The notes beneath the pieces were generated by a model. The model was not told the DNA's origin. It ran no database searches and saw nothing but the letters and a program-made list of their open reading frames with translations. From Candidatus Limadaptatus stercoripullorum (lineage in GTDB: Bacteria; Bacillota; Clostridia; Christensenellales; CAG-917): a DNA stretch of 48,936 bases. The position numbers and the translations under genes were made by a program. Where the stretch lies: NCBI GenBank assembly GCA_018713795.1, contig DVOE01000088.1:1-48936 (forward strand), read 5' to 3'. Numbering within the stretch: position 1 is the first letter of the stretch; each line of letters opens with the position of its first letter. Below, one piece after another: positions 9,283 through 16,557 of this stretch.

Positions 9283-9382
9283 ACACGCGTGAGGGCCTCT
9301 CCCCGCGGGCGCGAATACGGCGTCCCGGCGTCCCGCCGGGCAGTCCCCTTCTCTTCGGATACGAAAAAATTTTTACAAAAAG

Positions 9383-9407
9383 AAAAACCGCGCAAAACGC
9401 GGTTTTT
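9383..9407 (-). terminator. intrinsic terminator after the kinase/aldolase operon
   Basis: AAAAACCGCG-CAAAA-CGCGGTTTTT. The hairpin has U-tracts in both orientations and lies 63 nt after the aldolase stop. Confidence 0.7.
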
Positions 9408-9469
9408 CATCGTGTTTGTGATGTTAAAGCGCCTTTTCGTGCAAAACGGCAGCTACAGCCGCGTTTTGC

Positions 9470-10828
9470 TCATTCTTCTGCGGTGTCCTTCCCCTCTGCC
9501 TCGATCGCGGCAGGCTCCTCGGCGGGCGCGGCGGCCCCTGCGGGGGCGGCGCTCTCTGCGGTAGCGGCGGCGTCGTCGTCCGAGGTCAGGTAGTCGCGGC
9601 AGGCGTCTTCGAGCGCGCGGCAGATGACGAACGCGTCGTCGAGATCCTTGCCTCTCACGATGACGCCGTGATGGGCGAGGAAGCAGCAGGGCGCGTCGCC
9701 GATGGCTTCGGTGGCGTTCTTGACCAGCCACGGAGTTCCGGGAGGCGCGAACTTGCTGACCGGCACCACATCGCCGAGTATGTCACGGTATTTCTCGGGC
9801 ACGGCAAGCGGGGTCGCCATCGCGGCGAGCATACTGCCGTAGAAAGGATGGGTGTGCACGGTGGCGTTGCTCTCGGGGTGCGCGAGCAGGAGTTTGGCGT
9901 GTATGCCCTTCTCGCTGGTGGGCTTGTTGGAACCCTTCCACTCGAGGGTCTGCATGTCCACGATCGCCATCTGCTCGGGCTTCAGCATCTCGTAGTCGAG
10001 CGCGGAAGGCGTGGCGAGCATCTCCTTGTCGTTGAGACGCACGGCGATGTTGCCCCAGGTGCCCTGCACGAGGTTCTCCTTGACCAACCTCACGCCGGCG
10101 GCTTTGATCTCCTCGGCGACCTTCATGAGCTCGTCGGTGACTATCGCGGAAGGCTGCTCGGCGAGCTCGACTTCCTTGCCCTCTTCCGCCGCCTTCTGGC
10201 TCGCCTGGTTCTTCTTGGAGTACTTGAGCGAGTAGCCGATATGCTCGATATATGCGCTGACGACGCCGAGCTTCTTGGTGCCGCCCTTCTTCTCGGTGAG
10301 AAGATAGCAGGTCACCGCCTTGTCGAGCACCAGCGTCGCGGTGTAGACCTCGGCGAGCGTCCTTCCGGTGACCAACGCGCCGGCGTCCGGGAGGAAGCAG
10401 GCGTTGCGGAGCCCGGAGAGCGCCGCGACCACTTCGACCGCGGTGTTCTTGAGCGCGGCGCGCACGCTGACGCCCACCACCTGCGACATGTCGTCGAGCA
10501 CGGGAGGCAGGGTCTTACGGCGCTTGGAGAAGGCAAGGATGCTCTCGCTGTCCACGATGGCTGCCGCGCTCGCCTTTTTCTTGGATTTGAGCGCGCACAG
10601 GAGCAACACCGCGGCGGCACGGAAGTTGCCGTCGATCTCCTCGATGCCCTTCTCGGTCACGAACGCGACCTGTTCCTCTTTGAGGTCGGCAAATTCCGCG
10701 TCGGGCGTGGTGATGTAAAGCCCCTCGTCCGCGGACACGCCGATGTAGCCGCTGTCGATGTAGCCCGCTTCGCTGAGCTCGGCGGCGTACTTTTTGATGT
10801 TCTCGTAGATCTGCTGATTTTTCATCAT
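9470..10828 (-). CDS. class II aldolase/adducin-family protein, two fused domains
   Basis: ORF 9470..11110 trimmed to MMKNQQIYEN. Its ATG overlaps the kinase TGA (ATGATGA). The C-terminal domain keeps metal/catalytic motifs (PTSEKGIH, ATVHTHP). The N-terminal domain looks like a degenerate copy. The C-terminus is an Ala/Glu/Pro tail. Confidence 0.75.
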   Translation of the reverse strand: MMKNQQIYENIKKYAAELSEAGYIDSGYIGVSADEGLYITTPDAEFADLKEEQVAFVTEKGIEEIDGNFRAAAVLLLCALKSKKKASAAAIVDSESILAFSKRRKTLPPVLDDMSQVVGVSVRAALKNTAVEVVAALSGLRNACFLPDAGALVTGRTLAEVYTATLVLDKAVTCYLLTEKKGGTKKLGVVSAYIEHIGYSLKYSKKNQASQKAAEEGKEVELAEQPSAIVTDELMKVAEEIKAAGVRLVKENLVQGTWGNIAVRLNDKEMLATPSALDYEMLKPEQMAIVDMQTLEWKGSNKPTSEKGIHAKLLLAHPESNATVHTHPFYGSMLAAMATPLAVPEKYRDILGDVVPVSKFAPPGTPWLVKNATEAIGDAPCCFLAHHGVIVRGKDLDDAFVICRALEDACRDYLTSDDDAAATAESAAPAGAAAPAEEPAAIEAEGKDTAEE

Positions 10829-12357
10829 TCCTCCCCCTCGAATCTTTTTGCGTTTGCTTTGATGTAAGGTCTTCTGAGCGCGGCGTACAAAGTCTTGTAG
10901 TCGCTGAAGAGTTTGTCGTAGATCGCCTTGTTGGCGGGATCGGGCTTGTAGGTCGCCTCTATCTGCACGAAGTTCTTGGCGTCCGCGAAGCTCTTGAGTT
11001 CGCCGAGCCCTATGAGCGCGACGATGGCGCATCCGAGCGCGCCGGCGTTGCGCGGGTTCTTGACCACCGAGAAGGTGCTGCCCGTGACATCGGCGATGAT
11101 CTGCATCCAACCCTTATCCAGCGCGCCGCCGCCTATGATGCGGAAATTGTTGCCGTCGAACCCGTAGTCCTTCTTGTAGTTCTCGAGGATCCAGCGCAGG
11201 TTGTACGCCACGCCCTCGTAGACGGCACGCATGAGGTGCGCCCTGGTGTGGGTGGGGTTGATGTTGAACAGCGTAGAGCGCGTGGTGGTGCTGGACACCG
11301 GGCAGCGCTCGCCTTGCATCCACGGGGTGCAGATGAGGTGATCGGAGCCCGGGGGCACATCGTCGATGACGCTGTCCATATAGGCGTAGATGCCGTCGCC
11401 GAGTTCGGCTTTTTCGTGCTTGAAGAACTGATCGCATATCCACTGGATATTGCTGCCCGCGGCTTCGGTTATGCCCGCGACGAGGTTCATCTCGGGATCG
11501 GCGGACTGGATCGCCGCCGCGCCGTGCATGAACTTGGTCGCCGTCCTCGAAGGCGCCGCGACCCACGCCGAAGTGCCGAGATAGATATGCACCTCGCCGT
11601 CGCCGCACATGCCGCTGCCGACCACCGCGGACTGCACATCGTCGCAGCCGCCGAACACCGGAGTGCCCACAGGGAGCCCGAGCTCCGCCGCCGCTTTCTC
11701 GGTCAGACCGTCGCCGATCTTGTCGGTGCTTTTGCAAAGAGGAGGCAGCCTCTTCATGTCCACGCCGATGAGCGGGAACGCGCTCATCCACTGCTTCTTC
11801 TTGAGGTCGAGACCATACGAGGACGCGCCCGAAAGCTCGGCGTACATCTTGCCGGTGCACTTGAATTTGAGCCAGCCGTTGACATCCAGGAAATATTTGG
11901 TCTTGGCGTATATCTCGGGGCGCATCTCGCGAACCCACGCCATCTTGGCGACGCAGTCCTTGCCCATGATGGGCGTGCCGACGATCATGGTGAACAGCTT
12001 GGTGCCGCCGAGCTTGTTCATGATCTTCTGCGCCTGCTGCCCCGCTCTGCCGTCCACCCAGGTGATGTTGTTCATGAGGTTGTTGCCCGCCTCGTCGACG
12101 GGGATGACCCCCTGCGCCTGCGTGGAGAACACGATGCCCTTGACATCCGAAGGCGCTATGCCCGCCTTCTCGACTATCGCGTTGGTGGTGACGCAGACCG
12201 CCTTCCAGTAGTCGGCGGGATCCTGCTCCACATGGGCGGGAGCGGGATAATAGGTGGGATACGGCTCCGCGACGGTGGTGACGATGTTGCCGTCGAAATC
12301 GACGAGCACCGCCTTATCCGAACTTGTGCCGATGTCGTGCGAAATGATGTACTTCAT
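10825..12357 (-). CDS. FGGY-family carbohydrate kinase
   Basis: N-terminus MKYIISHDIGTSSDKAVLVDFDGN (FGGY phosphate-1 motif), and later IIGGGALDKGWMQIIADVTG (FGGY C-terminal signature region). Confidence 0.85.
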   Translation of the reverse strand: MKYIISHDIGTSSDKAVLVDFDGNIVTTVAEPYPTYYPAPAHVEQDPADYWKAVCVTTNAIVEKAGIAPSDVKGIVFSTQAQGVIPVDEAGNNLMNNITWVDGRAGQQAQKIMNKLGGTKLFTMIVGTPIMGKDCVAKMAWVREMRPEIYAKTKYFLDVNGWLKFKCTGKMYAELSGASSYGLDLKKKQWMSAFPLIGVDMKRLPPLCKSTDKIGDGLTEKAAAELGLPVGTPVFGGCDDVQSAVVGSGMCGDGEVHIYLGTSAWVAAPSRTATKFMHGAAAIQSADPEMNLVAGITEAAGSNIQWICDQFFKHEKAELGDGIYAYMDSVIDDVPPGSDHLICTPWMQGERCPVSSTTTRSTLFNINPTHTRAHLMRAVYEGVAYNLRWILENYKKDYGFDGNNFRIIGGGALDKGWMQIIADVTGSTFSVVKNPRNAGALGCAIVALIGLGELKSFADAKNFVQIEATYKPDPANKAIYDKLFSDYKTLYAALRRPYIKANAKRFEGEE

Positions 12358-12470
12358 ATGCTTCCCCTCGATTTATGGTCTTTCTGTCTCGCCGTCCGCG
12401 CCGCCCGTGGGATCCCCGGGCGCCGCTTTCCGGCATCTCCCCCGCGTAAACTCGGCTTTGGGTCTTATAT

Positions 12471-12498
12471 ATTTTATACAAAAAAAGTGCCTTGGTCA
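12471..12498 (-). promoter_or_regulatory. sigma-70-type promoter for the kinase/aldolase unit
   Basis: Minus strand reads TTGACC (12498-12493)-16 nt-TAAAAT (12476-12471). A GC-alternating box TGCGCGCGTGT abuts the -35. Confidence 0.5.
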
Positions 12499-12578
12499 AT
12501 ACACGCGCGCACATTGCGCGCGCAAAATCGCAATTTATCCCCGCTCCGCCGCCGGTTTCCCCGTTTTTGCGAAAAAAC

Positions 12579-12609
12579 AAAAATATCCCCGCCCTGTGCG
12601 GGCGGGGAT
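12579..12609 (-). terminator. intrinsic terminator after the aminotransferase gene
   Basis: Stem CCCCGCCC/GGGCGGGG (12587-12594 / 12600-12607) with a 5-nt loop. An AU/U-rich tract follows on the minus-strand RNA. Confidence 0.7.
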
Positions 12610-12623
12610 GACTGCCTTAGAAA

Positions 12624-14303
12624 TTACTTGGCGTTATTCGCCGCGGCGGCGTCTGCCGCAGCCTGCTCCTTCTTCGCCTTCTCCATGAGTTTGGCTGCCT
12701 TCTTCATCTTCTTGTCGCGCTTCTTGCCTTCGGGATACTGGAGCGCCTTCTTGGCTTTGTACTCCGCGACCTGCAGGCTGTCGACCTTGGTGCGCTTCTT
12801 GACGAGAGCGAACACTTCGTCGAACCTGTTGAGCGCCTCATCGATGATCTCGTCGGTGTCAGCCATAGAGGTGTAGAGCCTGCTGCCCGCGAGGGTGACG
12901 ATGCCGTGAGACATATACGCCGCGCCCATGTGCTCCATGGCTTCCTTGCGGACCATGATGGCGTCCTGCTTCTTGAGGACCTTGAGCAGGTTGAGGATGT
13001 TCTTGGACGAGAAGTCGTAGCTCATCGCGCCCGTGCACTCGAGGTGGACGATGGAGCCCTGGTTGTAAGCTACATAGGGGAGATCGTGCTTGGCGATGAG
13101 GTCGACGAGACCGTCGGTCAGCCTGTCGCCCGCATGACCCGCCTTGACGCAGGCGTTGGTCCTCTTGATCTCCTTGATCGCGACATAGCCCGCCATCGCG
13201 GAGAGGGGGTTGGCAGCGAGAGTGCCGCCGACATACGCCTTCTTGGCGCCGCCCGCAACGCCCGCCGCGAGCAGGTCGACCACTTCCGCCCTGCCGCCGA
13301 TGCCGCCCGCCGCGGGATAACCGCCGGCGACGATCTTGCCGAAGATGGTGAGGTCGGGCTTGACGCCGAACAGACCCTGCGCACCGCCCACGCCAACGCG
13401 GAAACCGGTGACGACTTCGTCAAAGATGAGCAAAGTGCCGTACTTGTCGCAAAGGGCGCGAACGCCGGCATTGTAATCGAAATCGACGGGACGGGTGCCG
13501 CTCTCGGGCCCCACGGGCTCGACGATGACCGCCGCCGTGCCGCCGCGGCACGCCGCGTTGTACTTCAGGTAATCCTCAAGCATGTTGAGGTCGTTGGGAC
13601 GCACTTCGTCGATGACCGAGAAGGTGCCGTTCGGGATGCCGTAGGACTCCAGGAACTGCCTGGTGCCGGGCACCTTGGTGCCGTAGACCATCTGATCGGA
13701 CCAGCCGTGATAGGCGCCGCCCATCTTGATGATCCTCTTCTTCTTGGTGTAGCAGCGCGCCACGCGGATGGCGCCCATGACAGACTCGGTGCCGCTGCCC
13801 AGCATACGGAACTTCTCCACATTGGGCATACACTCGTGTATCTCGCGGGCGATGAGCAGCTCCGCCTCATGGAACAGACCCGTGACGGGGCCGCAGTCCT
13901 TGATGAGCTTGATCGCCTCTTCCTGAATGACGGGATAGTTGCTGCCGAGGATGGTCGGACCGCCCGCCTGCAGGAAGTCGATGTACTTGTTGCCGTCTAT
14001 GTCGTAGAGATAGGCGCCCTCCGCCTTGACCATGCACATGGGGAAAGGCTTGTTGAACGCCAGGTTGTGCTGAACGCCGCCGGGGATGTACTTCTTCGCC
14101 TCCGCGGTGATGGCTTTGGACTTTGCGCACTTGACATCGTAGAAATTCTCGCAAATGTCCTTGTACGCTTCCTCGGTCACGCTGTAGATGGGAGCCTCGG
14201 TCAGCTGATAAAGACTGTCCTTGATGTCCTGAGCATTCGCCCAGCGGGTCACGCCGTAGCCCTGCTCCGCCATGCCTTTGAGCGGTGTGTAAGAAACTTT
14301 CAT
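12624..14303 (-). CDS. class III (GSA-aminomutase-like) PLP-dependent aminotransferase-fold enzyme
   Basis: YLYDIDGNKYIDFLQAGGPTILG, GGAYHGWSD and FDEVVTGFRVGVGGAQGLFGVKPDLTIFGKIVAGGYP (Schiff-base Lys context). AAGGAGGGG lies upstream of the ATG. The C-terminus is a Lys-rich tail. Confidence 0.85.
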   Translation of the reverse strand: MKVSYTPLKGMAEQGYGVTRWANAQDIKDSLYQLTEAPIYSVTEEAYKDICENFYDVKCAKSKAITAEAKKYIPGGVQHNLAFNKPFPMCMVKAEGAYLYDIDGNKYIDFLQAGGPTILGSNYPVIQEEAIKLIKDCGPVTGLFHEAELLIAREIHECMPNVEKFRMLGSGTESVMGAIRVARCYTKKKRIIKMGGAYHGWSDQMVYGTKVPGTRQFLESYGIPNGTFSVIDEVRPNDLNMLEDYLKYNAACRGGTAAVIVEPVGPESGTRPVDFDYNAGVRALCDKYGTLLIFDEVVTGFRVGVGGAQGLFGVKPDLTIFGKIVAGGYPAAGGIGGRAEVVDLLAAGVAGGAKKAYVGGTLAANPLSAMAGYVAIKEIKRTNACVKAGHAGDRLTDGLVDLIAKHDLPYVAYNQGSIVHLECTGAMSYDFSSKNILNLLKVLKKQDAIMVRKEAMEHMGAAYMSHGIVTLAGSRLYTSMADTDEIIDEALNRFDEVFALVKKRTKVDSLQVAEYKAKKALQYPEGKKRDKKMKKAAKLMEKAKKEQAAADAAAANNAK

Positions 14304-14342
14304 ATTCCCCTCCTTAAAACGGAATTTCGTTTTTACGCGAAC

Positions 14343-14371
14343 ATTTTAGCAAACACGCGCGCATTTGTAAA
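14343..14371 (-). promoter_or_regulatory. sigma-70-type promoter for the aminotransferase gene
   Basis: Minus strand reads TTTACA (14371-14366)-17 nt-TAAAAT (14348-14343). The spacer contains TGCGCGCGTGT, and a second (CG)n box lies just upstream of the -35. Confidence 0.55.
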
Positions 14372-14844
14372 TACGCGCGCGCAGGAAGAAAACGGTACAA
14401 ACGCCGCATTTTGTCGCAAAAATCACACAAAAACCCCATCTGCCCTCCACTTTTTCGCAAAAAGCGGAAAAATACACTCCTCCGGAGAGTGCCCTATACT
14501 TGCACCACAGTTTTTTGAAGACGGAACAACGCGCCGCTCAGCCAAACTTTCACAGGCGGCGAAGCCGCCGCTTGAAAGTCGCGGCGCGCTCTTTGAGCGT
14601 CGAGCGCCGACGAAACACTAAGTAGACACGGACATAGTGCGCGAGACCGAATTCCTCGCCCCACGCGGGGATCTCAGCTGGTAGTGCCCGCCGCTCGAAA
14701 TAAGCGGGTGCGCCACGATAAGTACGAGTAGAAAACTAACGCTTATCGTGCATGATACGAGGACTGTCCCCCATTCCGCGTGGGGGAGGAAAGCCCGAAG
14801 GGAAGGAGGGGGGCTGTATTCCCACGCTCGGGGCAGTTTGCTTG

Positions 14845-14923
14845 TTCGAGGAGATTTGCACGGCGGGGGCGCAGGCAATAGTTTACATATTGGCAAGCCT
14901 CCGCCGCGCAAAGCTTGCGAAAG
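14845..14923. repeat. 79-bp intergenic direct repeat, copy 1
   Basis: ttcgaggagatttgcacggcgggggcgcaggcaatagtttacatattggcaagcctccgccgcgcaaagcttgcgaaag is identical base-for-base to 15015-15093. It contains an internal imperfect dyad (TTGCACGGCGGGGGC ... GCCTCCGCCGCGCAA). Confidence 0.95.
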
Positions 14924-15014
14924 AACCCGCCACAAATCACATATGCATAACAATCGCGCCGTCACAAAACGGCGGCGCGGCGGAAGACGGGGGCGAGGCT
15001 GCGGACGAGAGATT

Positions 15015-15093
15015 TTCGAGGAGATTTGCACGGCGGGGGCGCAGGCAATAGTTTACATATTGGCAAGCCTCCGCCGCGCAAAGCTTGCGAAAG
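15015..15093. repeat. 79-bp intergenic direct repeat, copy 2
   Basis: Identical to 14845-14923. The copies are offset by 170 bp and separated by 91 bp of unique sequence. Confidence 0.95.
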
Positions 15094-15135
15094 GATCCGT
15101 CCGCAGCCCGCACCCGGCGCACCGCCGCGCCGCCC

Positions 15136-15167
15136 AAAAAAAAGGAGCGCCCTTCGGCGCCCCTCCC
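15136..15167 (-). terminator. intrinsic terminator after hup
   Basis: Minus-strand RNA reads GGAGGGGCGCC-GAAG-GGCGCUCC followed by UUUUUUUU, 25 nt after the hup stop. Confidence 0.75.
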
Positions 15168-15191
15168 TTCCCTTAAGCAATCTGTTGATCC

Positions 15192-15464
15192 TTAGTTGAA
15201 GATTTCCTTGTACGCTTTCCCGAACTTGAGGACGGGGGCGTTGCTCGCCGCGATGACGATGGACTGACCGGTGGCAGGATTGAAACCGCTTCTTTCGGGC
15301 TTCTTGTTGAGGGTGTAGGTGCCGAAACCGGCGACCGCGACCTTATCGCCGCTCTTGAGCGCGTCGGCGATGACAACGGCGTACGCATCGACGACCGCCG
15401 CAACATCCTTGGCAGAGATCTCCACCTTCTCCGCGATTGCTTTGACGAGTTCAGTTTTGTTCAT
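15192..15464 (-). CDS. hup: HU family DNA-binding protein
   Basis: MNKTELVKAIAEK...VAVAGFGTYTLNKKPERSGFNPATGQSIVIAASNAPVLKFGKAYKE is the canonical HU/IHF fold sequence. AGGAGG lies upstream. Confidence 0.95.
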   Translation of the reverse strand: MNKTELVKAIAEKVEISAKDVAAVVDAYAVVIADALKSGDKVAVAGFGTYTLNKKPERSGFNPATGQSIVIAASNAPVLKFGKAYKEIFN

Positions 15465-15520
15465 AATTACCTCCTAAGTGAAGCGCCGGACAGGAATGAC
15501 CGAACGCCCTTACACGGTCA

Positions 15521-15548
15521 TTATAACCAAATGCGAAAAAAATTGCAA
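15521..15548 (-). promoter_or_regulatory. sigma-70-type promoter for hup
   Basis: Minus strand reads TTGCAA (15548-15543)-16 nt-TATAAT (15526-15521). Confidence 0.55.
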
Positions 15549-15671
15549 TACCGAATTTTCAATGGCGCGGAAAGCGCAAAAAACATGACGAAACTCGCCG
15601 TTTAGCGGCATATATCGACGGGTGAGCCCGATTTTTGGCACGGGCGCAAAACGGGGCTATTTCACTTGATG

Positions 15672-15723
15672 GTAATAAATCAATGCCTCCCGCGGCACGC
15701 TGCCAAGCGCGCGCCGCGGGAGG
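15672..15723 (-). terminator. possible terminator hairpin after the PepSY-like lipoprotein gene
   Basis: 11-bp stem CCTCCCGCGGC/GCCGCGGGAGG (15686-15696 / 15713-15723) with a 16-nt loop. Only a partial U-rich tail follows. Confidence 0.4.
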
Positions 15724-15730
15724 CGGCGTA

Positions 15731-16402
15731 TCAGCGTTTGGAGACGACTTCGCCCGTCGCGGGATCGAGGAGCACCGCCCAGTAGTCCACGCCTTCGCCG
15801 ATGAAGGAGACATAGTAGTAATAAGCGGTGCGGTCGCCGGTGATGAGCTTGACGAATATCTCCCGGGTCTGTTCGCCCTCCTGCCCTTCGGCGTCCGAGC
15901 GGGAGGCGAACTCGCGACGGGCGATCTCGACGGCGTCGTAGCCGCTGAGGCAGCCCGAAAGGATATCGCCGAGGTCTATCTCGCGGGTAAGTTCGCCGGC
16001 GGTGAGGGTGACTTTGACGGGAGCGAACTCCGCCGCGACTTCTGCGCGGAATTCTCCGAATGTGCCCGCAGTGAGTTTGCCCGAGACGCTCTCTCCCGCC
16101 GCTCCCGCGAGGGTGAATGATATCTCGGAGACCTCGGTCGCGCGGAGGGGTATGACGCGGAGGGAGGAGAAATCGACGACGCTCGTCGTTTTGCCGTCGG
16201 CTATGAAGGGCTCCTCCTTTGAGCCGCGCTCGAAAGTGACGGCAAAATCTTCGCATTCGCCCGCATAGAACGCGGAAACCATGCGCGAAATGTCCTTCGG
16301 ACGGTCGTCTTCCGAGGAGCCGCGGTCGCAAGCCGCAAGGCAGAGGGCGGAGAGCGCGAGCGCGGATAGCAACAATATGACGATGACGGTCTTTCTTCTC
16401 AT
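15731..16402 (-). CDS. lipoprotein with C-terminal PepSY-like segment
   Basis: Signal peptide with LAAC lipobox. The C-terminal YYYYVSFIGEGVDYWAVLLDPATGEVV resembles the PepSY consensus ending (pattern match only). Confidence 0.6.
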   Translation of the reverse strand: MRRKTVIVILLLSALALSALCLAACDRGSSEDDRPKDISRMVSAFYAGECEDFAVTFERGSKEEPFIADGKTTSVVDFSSLRVIPLRATEVSEISFTLAGAAGESVSGKLTAGTFGEFRAEVAAEFAPVKVTLTAGELTREIDLGDILSGCLSGYDAVEIARREFASRSDAEGQEGEQTREIFVKLITGDRTAYYYYVSFIGEGVDYWAVLLDPATGEVVSKR

Positions 16403-16500
16403 ATCACGATATTATGCCGCCGATCTCCCCCATATGCCGGGCGCACCATGGGCGGCGCAAAAAAAGTGCGAAATTGCGGGCGCGCGCGGCAAAATTGCCC

Positions 16501-16529
16501 TTGCCCGCGCACGCGCGTCGTGATAATAT
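16501..16529 (+). promoter_or_regulatory. candidate promoter for the P-type ATPase gene
   Basis: TTGCCC (16501-16506)-17 nt-TAATAT (16524-16529), with TG two nt upstream of the -10 (TGATAATAT). Confidence 0.4.
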
Positions 16530-16557
16530 TGTTTTATTGAAGTTCTCGGGGGTCAGG

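Noticed and set aside
8451-9410. Long N-terminal extensions of several track ORFs (for example 319-aa xpt, 546-aa aldolase, 864-aa ATPase, 550-aa lipoprotein)
   Set aside because: The extensions are Arg/Gly/Pro-rich and run through terminators or promoters. In each case an internal ATG or GTG with a good SD coincides with the start of family homology or of the signal peptide, so I trimmed the coordinates.
11236-14621. Two long plus-strand ORFs (11236..12876 and 12906..14621) antisense to the kinase and aminotransferase genes
   Set aside because: They are shadow ORFs. The minus-strand frames have clear FGGY and class-III PLP motifs plus SDs, promoters and terminators.
14845-15093. CRISPR array
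   Set aside because: There are only two copies, the repeat is 79 bp (far longer than CRISPR repeats), the spacer is 91 bp, and there are no cas genes. The 69-bp tandem array at 44575-45330 is coding (LRR units), not CRISPR.
14600-15135. tmRNA, RNase P RNA or SRP RNA in the large non-coding gap
   Set aside because: GGAGGAAAGCCCG resembles the RNase P GAGGAAAGUCC box and AGAACCCG resembles its 3' P4 strand. However, the key U is missing, the two cannot pair as P4 and the spacing (about 135 nt) is far too short. There is no tRNA-like T-arm/CCA end or ...LAA tag frame for tmRNA. There is no GGAAGCAGC SRP domain-IV motif.
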